DNA from: a virus
Lineage: Duplodnaviria; Caudoviricetes
Direction: 5' to 3' (one strand)
DNA length: 50,521 nucleotides
IMG/VR virus record: IMGVR_UViG_3300020042_004377
Location: 1 to 50,521 of that record
The notes beneath the pieces were generated by a model. That model ran no database searches, had not been told where the DNA came from, and saw only the letters and a list, made by a program, of their open reading frames with translations. Made by a program: the position numbers and the translations under genes. Shown here one piece after another: positions 16,965-24,687 of the stretch. Position 1 is the stretch's first letter; each line of letters begins with the position of its first letter.

Positions 16965-17700
16965 ATAAGACACGCATGACAACTTGTTGTCATGTAAATC
17001 AAACCGCCGCTCGGAACTAATGTAATACGAGAAGCACAAAGGCAGAAGCAAGCAAAGAAGAAGGGCCGGAACTGCAAGGGCGGGTTGGCTAAACGTAGGC
17101 AACCTACTAGCACTCACAAGTGAAGTGCATAGCCAGACAAATACAGCGTCATGAATCAGCAAGGGCAACCCTGCATGAACGACAACGTAATTTCTGTCTG
17201 TACAAACAACCCCAACCCAAGCTATCCAAGATACCCCACAACGATGTGTGAAACCTCCCTGTGCGAATAGGCGTCTGGTAGTCAGTCCAGTGCATACGTG
17301 GTGTAGTGAGTAGTGAAACTGATTGTTTCCGAAGAACGATAGCGTATGCAAACGTAAACCAATATAGATACTGCCTAAATGTGTTGGGGCTGGCTTTCAT
17401 ACCGTATGAATGCTGTGGGCGAAAGTCCTAAACCCCTAATGTGGAGTATGCGGTGGATGTAAAAAGAGTCAACAAGTCATCCACAGCCAACAACCACTAG
17501 AGACCCGAACCTGCGTAAGCAGGGATATGCGGCAATGACAAACACTATCGCAGTTAGTAAAGCAATAAAAGCGAAGCACGACCAAGTAACGACAAGTAAC
17601 TACGACGGTGCTGTGGTAACAACACAGCACAAGAGACTATAGCGTGTAGGGCATGGGTAACCATGTCCTATGCGGTGGCAGTCTCGCCATCGTTCAAAGG
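16965..17700 (+). ncRNA. Candidate large structured non-coding RNA (about 750 nt)
   Basis: No plus-strand ORF of 60 aa or more starts between 16722 and 17669; at least 8 stems, GNRA loops at 17417-28, 17510-23 and 17647-70, A-rich linkers; lies downstream of the promoter and boxA. Confidence 0.6.
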
Positions 17701-17711
17701 ATTCATACAGT

Positions 17712-17972
17712 ATGAAAGACTCAAATTCAATCCCAAACCTTTACATCGTGGACTACTGGAAGCCGTTCCCATCGTCTGAGTATGGCGGTGTGCAATGTGT
17801 TGTTGCACATAGTGATGCCGAGTGCGAACGCATCCTTGCAGATGACGTAGACGAGTTTCACCGTGGATACCATCCCGACTACCGTGAACGCATCGCCAAC
17901 TGCATCAAGAGAGCCAAGCGTTTCCCTGTGGATGCCGCAGATGTGGGCATCGTGTACGAATTCAGAACTTAA
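17712..17972 (+). CDS. Hypothetical early protein
   Basis: MKDSNSIPNLYIVDYWKPFPSSEYGG; the ATG lies within a palindrome copy. Confidence 0.7.
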   Translation: MKDSNSIPNLYIVDYWKPFPSSEYGGVQCVVAHSDAECERILADDVDEFHRGYHPDYRERIANCIKRAKRFPVDAADVGIVYEFRT

Positions 17973-17984
17973 AGGAGAGAGCAA

Positions 17985-18395
17985 ATGAAATACAACTCAT
18001 TGATGGAAGCACAGATGGGCGAATGGCCTGACAGCTTGGTGCTGACCGACCGACAGATGTGCGAAGCACTCGAGCGGGTTGTGCCCGACTGGATGACCAA
18101 CCACAAGATGAAAGACTGGCCCATGTATGACGCACGCCATGAATTTGGGGAGTGGTATGCGCCCATCTTTTATATGGATTGGAAACATCTACAGATTGAG
18201 CAGACACGCGCAAGGTGGGCGCGTAGTGCGTTCTATTACCGAAGCGGTGACCCTGCTGGGTTCTTCTATGCGTGCGGCAAGCAAGACGATGGGACATACC
18301 GCCATGTGGGGTTCCGCTACGGCACAGAGGACTGCGAGTACGCATCGGGGTTTGATGGCATGACTTACACACCAACCAAAGGAGAGAGCAAATGA
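17985..18395 (+). CDS. Hypothetical early protein
   Basis: 136 aa; RBS module AAAGGAGAGAGCAAATG. Confidence 0.75.
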   Translation: MKYNSLMEAQMGEWPDSLVLTDRQMCEALERVVPDWMTNHKMKDWPMYDARHEFGEWYAPIFYMDWKHLQIEQTRARWARSAFYYRSGDPAGFFYACGKQDDGTYRHVGFRYGTEDCEYASGFDGMTYTPTKGESK

Positions 18396-18586
18396 ACGTA
18401 TTTATCAACTTGAACAAAGTTTTCACGGAAGCCATGAATCACATGCAAGACCCCAACGATGTGCGTTGGTCTATTGGTATGGCGCTTCAAGAATTGTATG
18501 GAGACGAGTGGATGTACAAACTTCAACAGGACATGGTTTACGAATTTAACTTGCGGCACACACCGGAACAAAAGGAAAGCAAATGA
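18392..18586 (+). CDS. Hypothetical early protein
   Basis: 64 aa; same RBS module; ATGA coupling. Confidence 0.75.
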   Translation: MNVFINLNKVFTEAMNHMQDPNDVRWSIGMALQELYGDEWMYKLQQDMVYEFNLRHTPEQKESK

Positions 18587-18753
18587 ACTTATACGAATGC
18601 ACGAACACGTGTAATGGGGCTGTGCTGGTTGTTACTGCGAGTAGCAAGGCACAGGCAGAGAGACATGCAGGGTACATACTGGGTGTGGGTAGACGCACTT
18701 GGTTGTTGCGTGTGAGAGAAGTTTCATACAGTATGAAAGGAGAAAGCAAATGA
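18583..18753 (+). CDS. Small hypothetical early protein (56 aa, not in the ORF track)
   Basis: MNLYECTNTCNGAVLVVTASS...EVSYSMKGESK; ATGA-coupled at both ends. Confidence 0.65.
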   Translation: MNLYECTNTCNGAVLVVTASSKAQAERHAGYILGVGRRTWLLRVREVSYSMKGESK

Positions 18754-18977
18754 ACATGACTTGGAACCACAGGGTAATGAACTGCCCATCTGAAAACGGC
18801 GGCGATGACAACTTCACATTCCGTGAGGTGTACTACAAAGAGGACGGCACACCCTTTGCACATGGCGAAGCCTTCATGAGCGGTGACACCGTAGAGGAAC
18901 TGCACATGCTGGTGCGGCGGTTGGAGACTGCGTTGGGTGAGCCCGTGATGCACGAGAACGAATTTGAAAAGGAATGA
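18750..18977 (+). CDS. Hypothetical early protein
   Basis: MNMTWNHRVM..FTFREVYY..; RBS AAAGGAGAAAGC. Confidence 0.75.
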   Translation: MNMTWNHRVMNCPSENGGDDNFTFREVYYKEDGTPFAHGEAFMSGDTVEELHMLVRRLETALGEPVMHENEFEKE

Positions 18978-19150
18978 ACATGGACAACAAATACGAACGC
19001 AAACTGCTCGATAAACAAAAGGACACACGTGACAACACGTTGTGGATTGGTATGGTCACGAAGAAGCCGAAACAGGTCTCTGAGGTTTCATACCGTATGA
19101 AAGTGTCTGAGCGTGACAACTTGAAACTTGAAAGAGAGGGATGGAAATGA
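18974..19150 (+). CDS. Small hypothetical early protein (58 aa, not in the ORF track)
   Basis: MNMDNKYERKLLDKQKD...REGWK; ATGA-coupled at both ends. Confidence 0.6.
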   Translation: MNMDNKYERKLLDKQKDTRDNTLWIGMVTKKPKQVSEVSYRMKVSERDNLKLEREGWK

Positions 19151-19485
19151 AAAAACCGTATGTAGCAAACCGTGATGCACGGCGTTGTGTGCAAGAGTGC
19201 ATTCAATTCAGCGGCAGTAACGTGTGGGGCGAATGCGTTGATGCAGATACAGGCGAAGTTGCACTAAATTATGTGGTGTATAGCTTTCGTTACACGTGGC
19301 CCTTGTTCGTGTTCGATGAATTGGCGCAGGTCTGGTACGAGAACGTGGACAAGGCTTCCACGACCACAAGCAAACACCAGACGCAACTGCACCCGCTGTG
19401 CAACACCATACCGCTGGGTGTGGAGGACATGCGGATTGTGGCGCGTTTGGGTGGTGTAGGTCTTATTTCAAAGGAGATGGTATGA
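19147..19485 (+). CDS. Hypothetical early protein
   Basis: MKKPYVANRDAR..YVVYSF..PLFVFD..WYEN..S.TTSKH pattern. Confidence 0.75.
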   Translation: MKKPYVANRDARRCVQECIQFSGSNVWGECVDADTGEVALNYVVYSFRYTWPLFVFDELAQVWYENVDKASTTTSKHQTQLHPLCNTIPLGVEDMRIVARLGGVGLISKEMV

Positions 19486-19667
19486 AAGCGAAAGATTGGG
19501 TAATTCTGCGGTTGGTGTATGAAATCACCTCAAACGAAGCGTATGTGGCACGAACGAACAGCGATGTTATGAGGTCAATCCTGTACTTGATGCGTAAGTA
19601 TGGGGCGAAGCACATGTCCGAGTGCATGTTTAAGTTGAATGAAGAAAAGGAGAGCAACGATGAGTGA
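19482..19667 (+). CDS. Hypothetical early protein
   Basis: MKAKDWVILRL; AAGGAG RBS; ATGA coupling. Confidence 0.65.
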   Translation: MKAKDWVILRLVYEITSNEAYVARTNSDVMRSILYLMRKYGAKHMSECMFKLNEEKESNDE

Positions 19668-19881
19668 TTGCAGAATTTGTGGGGATGAGATTGACCCGCC
19701 CGAAAGGGCAAAACTCAAGCCGTACTGTCTCATGTGTGGCGAGGACATGGCACGAGCCGAGCGCCGTTCGTGGACTGTGGTGCAGGAATACGGCAAGGGT
19801 GGGTATATGTTTGTGACACAGCAGTCTGCCCACGTCACATTGAAACAAACAAACCAAAAGAACTTGAGGTGCGACATATGA
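19660..19881 (+). CDS. Small zinc-finger protein (CxxC..CxxC, TraR/DksA C4-like spacing)
   Basis: MSDCRICGDEIDPPERAKLKPYCLMCG. Confidence 0.65.
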   Translation: MSDCRICGDEIDPPERAKLKPYCLMCGEDMARAERRSWTVVQEYGKGGYMFVTQQSAHVTLKQTNQKNLRCDI

Positions 19882-20111
19882 AGCTAAGAGACATACGCAA
19901 GCGGGCGCAGACAAAGTACGTGCATGAGTCAGGGTTCCGGTTCATTCGTGACTACACAGGCAAGCGTTGCCGCACTTACGTGATGGGGTGTTCAACGTGC
20001 GATGGGTGGAGGTTCTTTGATGAGCATGGGCGGTTCGTGCACACCGATGTCGAACTGTGGAACTACATGCTGGACCTCAAGATAGAACGTGGACTTGACA
20101 CGTGTGTGTAA
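19878..20111 (+). CDS. Hypothetical Cys-containing protein
   Basis: MKLRDIRKR..GKRC..GCSTCDGW; ATGA coupling. Confidence 0.65.
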   Translation: MKLRDIRKRAQTKYVHESGFRFIRDYTGKRCRTYVMGCSTCDGWRFFDEHGRFVHTDVELWNYMLDLKIERGLDTCV

Positions 20112-20123
20112 AGCTGTTATAAT
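20095..20123 (+). promoter_or_regulatory. Consensus sigma70 promoter
   Basis: TTGACA-17 bp-TATAAT with TGn; shares TGTAAAGCTGTTA with the 16838 promoter; palindrome at 20168 downstream. Confidence 0.9.
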
Positions 20124-20193
20124 GTAGTTTGTTAGGTTGTTATTGTGTGTTAGTTAAACAAACGCGGTTTCATACCGTATGAAAGGAAGCAAG

Positions 20194-21066
20194 ATGAACG
20201 TATCTAAACTCTCTGGGTCTGCATTGATTGTCAACATGTCGTTGTCCGTATGGACAGGGCGCAAGCTGGATAAGCGTGTGTCGGAGGAGGTTGACCAGCA
20301 GAACTCTACCAAGACCCGCGCTGGCAATTACCACAAGAACCTGATGGCAGGTAGTGGCAAGCTGGAGGAAATCACCAAAGTGGCAAACGCCGTGCGTACA
20401 TGGCACTACACCGTGACACAGCCGTGGGGCGACAACGGCGACAGGGTGCTGAACATGGCATCGTTCGTGGACTACAAGTCACGGCTGACCGAGTACGAGC
20501 GTCAGTTTGCAACTGCTGTCAACAACTTTCTCAATGACTACGACACGATGGTCGCCGCAGCGGCGTTCCAGTTGGGCGACTTGTTCAGCAGGGATGACTA
20601 CCCACACCGAGACCAAATCGTTGGCAAGTTTGGGTTCCGGTATGCGTTCTCGCCCCTGCCTATGGCTGGCGACTTCCGTGTGGACATTGGCGAGGAAGGG
20701 TTGCGCGAGATGCAAGACCACTACGAGGGTGTGCTGAGTACCCGACTGGGTGAAGCGATGAAGGACGCTTGGGACAGGCTGTATGACGTGTTGACACGCA
20801 TGAGTGAGCGGTTGACCGATGACGTTGGCCCTGATGGCGAGCCCAAGCGCAAGATATTCCGCGACACATTGGTGGAGAACACATTGGAGGTGTGCAGTTT
20901 GTTACGGCACTTCAATATCACAGGGGATACACGTCTGGAAGCTATGCGTATGCAGTTGGAGGATGCGATGCGCGGCATTGATGCGGCTTCATTACGTGAG
21001 AGCGACATGTTGCGTGAGCAGACCAAGCGCAAGGTGGACGCTATGTTGGATAGGTTTTCTCTTTGA
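20194..21066 (+). CDS. DUF3150-like helical protein
   Basis: SLSVWTGRKLD, FSRDDYP..KFGF..PLP..DFR and LRHFNITGD; typical neighbour of AAA/vWA pairs. Confidence 0.6.
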   Translation: MNVSKLSGSALIVNMSLSVWTGRKLDKRVSEEVDQQNSTKTRAGNYHKNLMAGSGKLEEITKVANAVRTWHYTVTQPWGDNGDRVLNMASFVDYKSRLTEYERQFATAVNNFLNDYDTMVAAAAFQLGDLFSRDDYPHRDQIVGKFGFRYAFSPLPMAGDFRVDIGEEGLREMQDHYEGVLSTRLGEAMKDAWDRLYDVLTRMSERLTDDVGPDGEPKRKIFRDTLVENTLEVCSLLRHFNITGDTRLEAMRMQLEDAMRGIDAASLRESDMLREQTKRKVDAMLDRFSL

Positions 21067-21168
21067 GGAAACAGGTCTCGCGGCTTTCATACCGTATGAA
21101 AGTTGCGTTGTGTAAGTGGATGGGGTACAAACCGTATCCCGAGTTTTTCAAACCGAAAGGAAATCATC

Positions 21169-22248
21169 ATGTCTATGTATAAATCTCTCTCCCTACAACA
21201 AACCGCTGACCTCATCGCGGCGATTGGCGACAAGCAAACCGTGCTGGCATCTGGCGAGATGGGCATTGGCAAATCATCAATCCTCAAGATGTTGAAGGCA
21301 ATGCCTAAATTCAAAGACCACTTGTTCTGCTACGTGGACATTACGACCAAGGACGTTGGCGACTTCATGGTTCCCAAGATTCGCACCATCGATGGCGTTG
21401 AGGTGTGCTCATTCATTCCGAACGAGGAGTTTGGTCTGCACTTCAAAGGCAAGAAGGTTGTGATGATGCTGGACGAGTTGGGCAAGGCCAAAGGCGGCGT
21501 GATGAATGCGTGTCTGCGTCTAATGCAAGAGCGTTCGTTGGGTATGTATGACTTGGACGGCATCGTGTTTGCCACAACGAACTTAGGCATAGAGGGTATC
21601 GGTGACAACGTGCCACCCCATGCACGTAATCGTGTGACTCAGGTTCGTGTTCGTAAGCCCAATGCACAAGAGTTGATGGAGTATGCAATCAACAACAACT
21701 GGAACCCAATCGTTATCGCAACTATCAACGAGTTTCCCGAGATGTTGGCATCCTTTGAGGACTACGAGAAACCCGAGCAGAACATGTACATCAATGACCC
21801 ACGTGATGTACGTATGGCTGTGGTTACCCCACGTTCTTTGGACAAGTCTGGTTACATCATTGACCAGACGATGGCGTTGGGCGATGACATTATGTGTCAT
21901 GCGTTGAAGGGCACTATTGGCGAGAAGGCAATGCACAACATATTGACGATGGTGAAGTTGGATACACAATTAACCAATTGGGATGACCTCATCAAGTCTC
22001 CCACGACTGCGACTGTGCCCACGTCAGCGGCGGCGGCATGTATGTTGGTTGCCAAGGCAGTACAGCGCATTGAGAAGGTGAGCATAGATGCGTGGATGGA
22101 CTTCCTCCCACGTATCAGCAAGGAAGCACAGGGTTTGTTTGCACGTAGCGTTATGAGCGACAAGTGCCCCAAGCGTACTGTGGCGGCGACCAACCCCAAG
22201 TTTGCCAAGTGGGCGGCTGACAACAACTATTTGTTTGCACGTAAGTAA
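21169..22248 (+). CDS. AAA+ ATPase (MoxR/CbbQ-like)
   Basis: Walker A GEMGIGKS, Walker B MMLDE, sensor ATTN, TPRS. Confidence 0.85.
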   Translation: MSMYKSLSLQQTADLIAAIGDKQTVLASGEMGIGKSSILKMLKAMPKFKDHLFCYVDITTKDVGDFMVPKIRTIDGVEVCSFIPNEEFGLHFKGKKVVMMLDELGKAKGGVMNACLRLMQERSLGMYDLDGIVFATTNLGIEGIGDNVPPHARNRVTQVRVRKPNAQELMEYAINNNWNPIVIATINEFPEMLASFEDYEKPEQNMYINDPRDVRMAVVTPRSLDKSGYIIDQTMALGDDIMCHALKGTIGEKAMHNILTMVKLDTQLTNWDDLIKSPTTATVPTSAAAACMLVAKAVQRIEKVSIDAWMDFLPRISKEAQGLFARSVMSDKCPKRTVAATNPKFAKWAADNNYLFARK

Positions 22249-22257
22249 GGAGGATAT

Positions 22258-22386
22258 ATGACAACACCAGCAGAACTGTATGACTTGTTAGACAAGGCAG
22301 GTATTGAGTATGAAATCGTGGAGATATTCGAGGGTGTTCGCATCCTCAGTATCGAAGTAAATGAACCAACCGAAGAAGGAGAGTAA
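22258..22386 (+). CDS. Small acidic protein (42 aa, not in the ORF track)
   Basis: AAGGAGG RBS; MTTPAELYDLLDKAGIEYEIVEIFEGVRILSIEVNEPTEEGE. Confidence 0.65.
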   Translation: MTTPAELYDLLDKAGIEYEIVEIFEGVRILSIEVNEPTEEGE

Positions 22387-22388
22387 TC

Positions 22389-23603
22389 ATGTTTGTAACA
22401 ACAACACAATCGTTGCCTGCGTTGAAGCGCATTGAGCGTGCTCACGTTGAATTGATGGCACACAAAGATACTATGGAGTATGCAGGCATCATCATGGTGG
22501 GCAAGTACACGGTGGTGGACAACATCCCAACCGCATGTACCAACGGCATCGACTGCATGTATGGCAAGAAGTTTGTAGAAGAGTTGTCCGACTCTGACCT
22601 GCGTGGTCTCATCATGCACGAGAACTTGCACAAAACATTCCAGCATACGTTCTTGTGGAAACATCTGTACGAGGAGAACGCACGATGCGCCAACATGGCG
22701 TGTGACTACGTAATCAACATCCTCATCAAAGATATTGACAAGGCATCGAGCGGGTTTGTCACTCTGCCCAAGCAAGGGTTGTATGACGAGCGTTTCCGTG
22801 GCATGGACTCGCAAGAGGTGTTCAACATCTTACTGGATGAGAGCGAGGATGGTGATGGCGGTGATGGCGGTGATGGCGGTGATGGCGGTGATGGCGGTGA
22901 TGGCGGTGATGGTGGTGATGGGTTCGACTCTCACGACTGGGACACATCTGACCTCACACAAGAGGAGATTGAGGAACACATGAAGGAGGTCAATCAAGCC
23001 ATCCGTCAGGGTCAGTTGTTGGCTGGCAAGATGGGTGGCAATGTGTCCCGCGACTTGGGTGCGTTGCTTGATTCAAAGGTTGATTGGCGTGAGCAGTTGC
23101 GTGACTTTGTGAACAGTCTGGCCGATGGCAAGGATGTATCCACATGGCAACGTGTTAATCGGCGTTGGTTACAGCATGACATGTACATGCCCTCCACATT
23201 GTCCGAGAGCATGGGGCGTATCGTGGTTGCCATCGACACATCTGGTTCATGCTTTGATGCGTTAGAGCCGTTCTTATCTGAGATGCAAGCCATATGTGAC
23301 AACGTACAGCCAGAACTTGTGGACTTGTTGTACTGGGATACCGAGGTGGCACGGCATGAGGTGTATGGGCGTGATGACCTGCACAAACTTGTGAAGTCTA
23401 CGAAACCCGCTGGCGGCGGTGGCACTGACCCCGCATGTATCCCCAAGTACATCGAAGCCAAAGGGTTGAAGCCGGATTGTGTCGTAGTGCTCACCGATGG
23501 ATATGTTGGTGGGTGGGGTACATGGCGGCATCCGGTGTTGTGGTGTATCGCTGGTGGGTACAAGCCCCGCCCCTCCACAGGCGTGGCAATCTATATCGAT
23601 TGA
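22389..23603 (+). CDS. DUF2201-type putative metallopeptidase plus vWA domain protein
   Basis: TACTNG, HENLH (HExxH), NMACDYVIN, MIDAS DTSGS, GGGGT and VLTDG. Confidence 0.85.
   Translation: MFVTTTQSLPALKRIERAHVELMAHKDTMEYAGIIMVGKYTVVDNIPTACTNGIDCMYGKKFVEELSDSDLRGLIMHENLHKTFQHTFLWKHLYEENARCANMACDYVINILIKDIDKASSGFVTLPKQGLYDERFRGMDSQEVFNILLDESEDGDGGDGGDGGDGGDGGDGGDGGDGFDSHDWDTSDLTQEEIEEHMKEVNQAIRQGQLLAGKMGGNVSRDLGALLDSKVDWREQLRDFVNSLADGKDVSTWQRVNRRWLQHDMYMPSTLSESMGRIVVAIDTSGSCFDALEPFLSEMQAICDNVQPELVDLLYWDTEVARHEVYGRDDLHKLVKSTKPAGGGGTDPACIPKYIEAKGLKPDCVVVLTDGYVGGWGTWRHPVLWCIAGGYKPRPSTGVAIYID
22851..22922. repeat. 9-bp in-frame tandem repeat (GGTGATGGC)x6 plus 2 variants
   Basis: Encodes a (GDG)n linker. 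Confidence 0.95.
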
Positions 23604-23644
23604 GAAACAGGTCTCGCAGTAACTAACAAACGAAAGGAAAAATC

Positions 23645-24601
23645 ATGGCATCAATAAGAGAATTTTCTAGGAAGTATTGGTACGGCTCTTATATTGGCAT
23701 AGACAACTACGACATAGCAAAGGAGAACTACGAAAAGACGTTACCAATCCAAGGTAAGCGATTGAAGCATGGCATTGATGTGCGTCCCTTGACCGTTCGG
23801 CGGCGTGTGTGGGAAACGTGGCACAAGGATGGGGATGCCTACGGCATGGCGTTCGTTCAATCCTATTGCCAAACCACACGTGACTCAAAAACACAAAAGG
23901 TTATTAAAGAAGAGTACGTACACAACGTGCATCCGTTGCTGATGTTTCAACCCGATGGGGCAATAGAGTTTAATCCTTCATGGATGACCTACTACCCCAC
24001 ATGGGATGTGCTTGGTGCGTTGTTGCCCAAGGGCATAACTTACGTGCGGTACGGTAGCAAGAGTTACTTCAAGCTGGATATGCCAGATGGTATGGAGCCT
24101 ATGCACATGTTTAGCCCAGGTACAAAGATGACTTTCATACCGTATGAACATGAAGGCAAACGTTACTTCCGTGTGGACTGCCCCATATCAGAGACCAAGA
24201 TACTGATAGATAGGGACAAAGCAAAGAAGGTACGCGCAGAACTAAAAGCGTTCTTGGACTACTGCGAGTACATGGTAGACCTAGCACCCGCACCAACCAA
24301 ACACGACTGGAAAGCCGAAGCAAATGCAGAGGGTTGGTTGGAGACTATTGATTGGTTGGTGCGTAACGAAGGCGAGGAAATTGGAAGTAAATGGTTTCCT
24401 GCAATAGAAGCGTTTGTAGTGACATATGCAAGGTATGTGTACGACTACAAAACCCAAACAAGCGCGGCCATTCCCGTAGATGCTGGTGGCTTACGTGACA
24501 GATTGAAGGGTCACAAACTGTATGGGTACACCAGACCATACAGGGTTGAGTACGTGCCAATTGGTAAACCATTCTTTAAAAACGGGAGGACGATGGAATG
24601 A
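23645..24601 (+). CDS. Hypothetical protein
   Basis: 318-aa ORF with GAAAGGAAA RBS; contains the palindrome copy at 24133. Confidence 0.8.
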   Translation: MASIREFSRKYWYGSYIGIDNYDIAKENYEKTLPIQGKRLKHGIDVRPLTVRRRVWETWHKDGDAYGMAFVQSYCQTTRDSKTQKVIKEEYVHNVHPLLMFQPDGAIEFNPSWMTYYPTWDVLGALLPKGITYVRYGSKSYFKLDMPDGMEPMHMFSPGTKMTFIPYEHEGKRYFRVDCPISETKILIDRDKAKKVRAELKAFLDYCEYMVDLAPAPTKHDWKAEANAEGWLETIDWLVRNEGEEIGSKWFPAIEAFVVTYARYVYDYKTQTSAAIPVDAGGLRDRLKGHKLYGYTRPYRVEYVPIGKPFFKNGRTME

Positions 24602-24687
24602 TGACGTTATATGAGAAGGTAGAGAGAGTGGTGTTTTTGGTGGCACTCATTGTGGTGCTGTTGGATGTTTTTATTTGGAGGACATGA
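24598..24687 (+). CDS. Small membrane peptide (29 aa, not in the ORF track)
   Basis: MMTLYEKVERVVFLVALIVVLLDVFIWRT; GGAGG RBS; ATGA-coupled at both ends. Confidence 0.6.
   Translation: MMTLYEKVERVVFLVALIVVLLDVFIWRT

Larger units (their letters stand above)
16001..23615. repeat. 12-bp motif GAAACAGGTCTC (19069, 21068, 23604; two reverse-oriented variants at 16001 and 16014)
   Basis: Read directly; the copies at 19069 and 21068 lie exactly 5 bp upstream of a 17-bp palindrome. Confidence 0.8.
15280..24149. repeat. Dispersed 17-bp palindrome TTTCATACnGTATGAAA, 12 copies (operator-like)
   Basis: Starts at 15280, 15938, 16331, 16796, 16910, 17395, 17701, 18722, 19086, 20168, 21085 and 24133; three copies have one terminal mismatch. 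Confidence 0.95.

Noticed and set aside
15986-17400. ORFs 15986..16225, 16509..16721, 16893..17351 and 17149..17400
   Set aside because: No RBS, atypical composition, and they overlap repeats, promoters and RNA-like structure; likely spurious
15280-24149. 17-bp palindromes as CRISPR repeats or LexA boxes (TACTGTATGA resembles half of an SOS box)
   Set aside because: Spacing is irregular (about 100-3000 bp) with genes in between, and the CTGT-N8-ACAG geometry is absent
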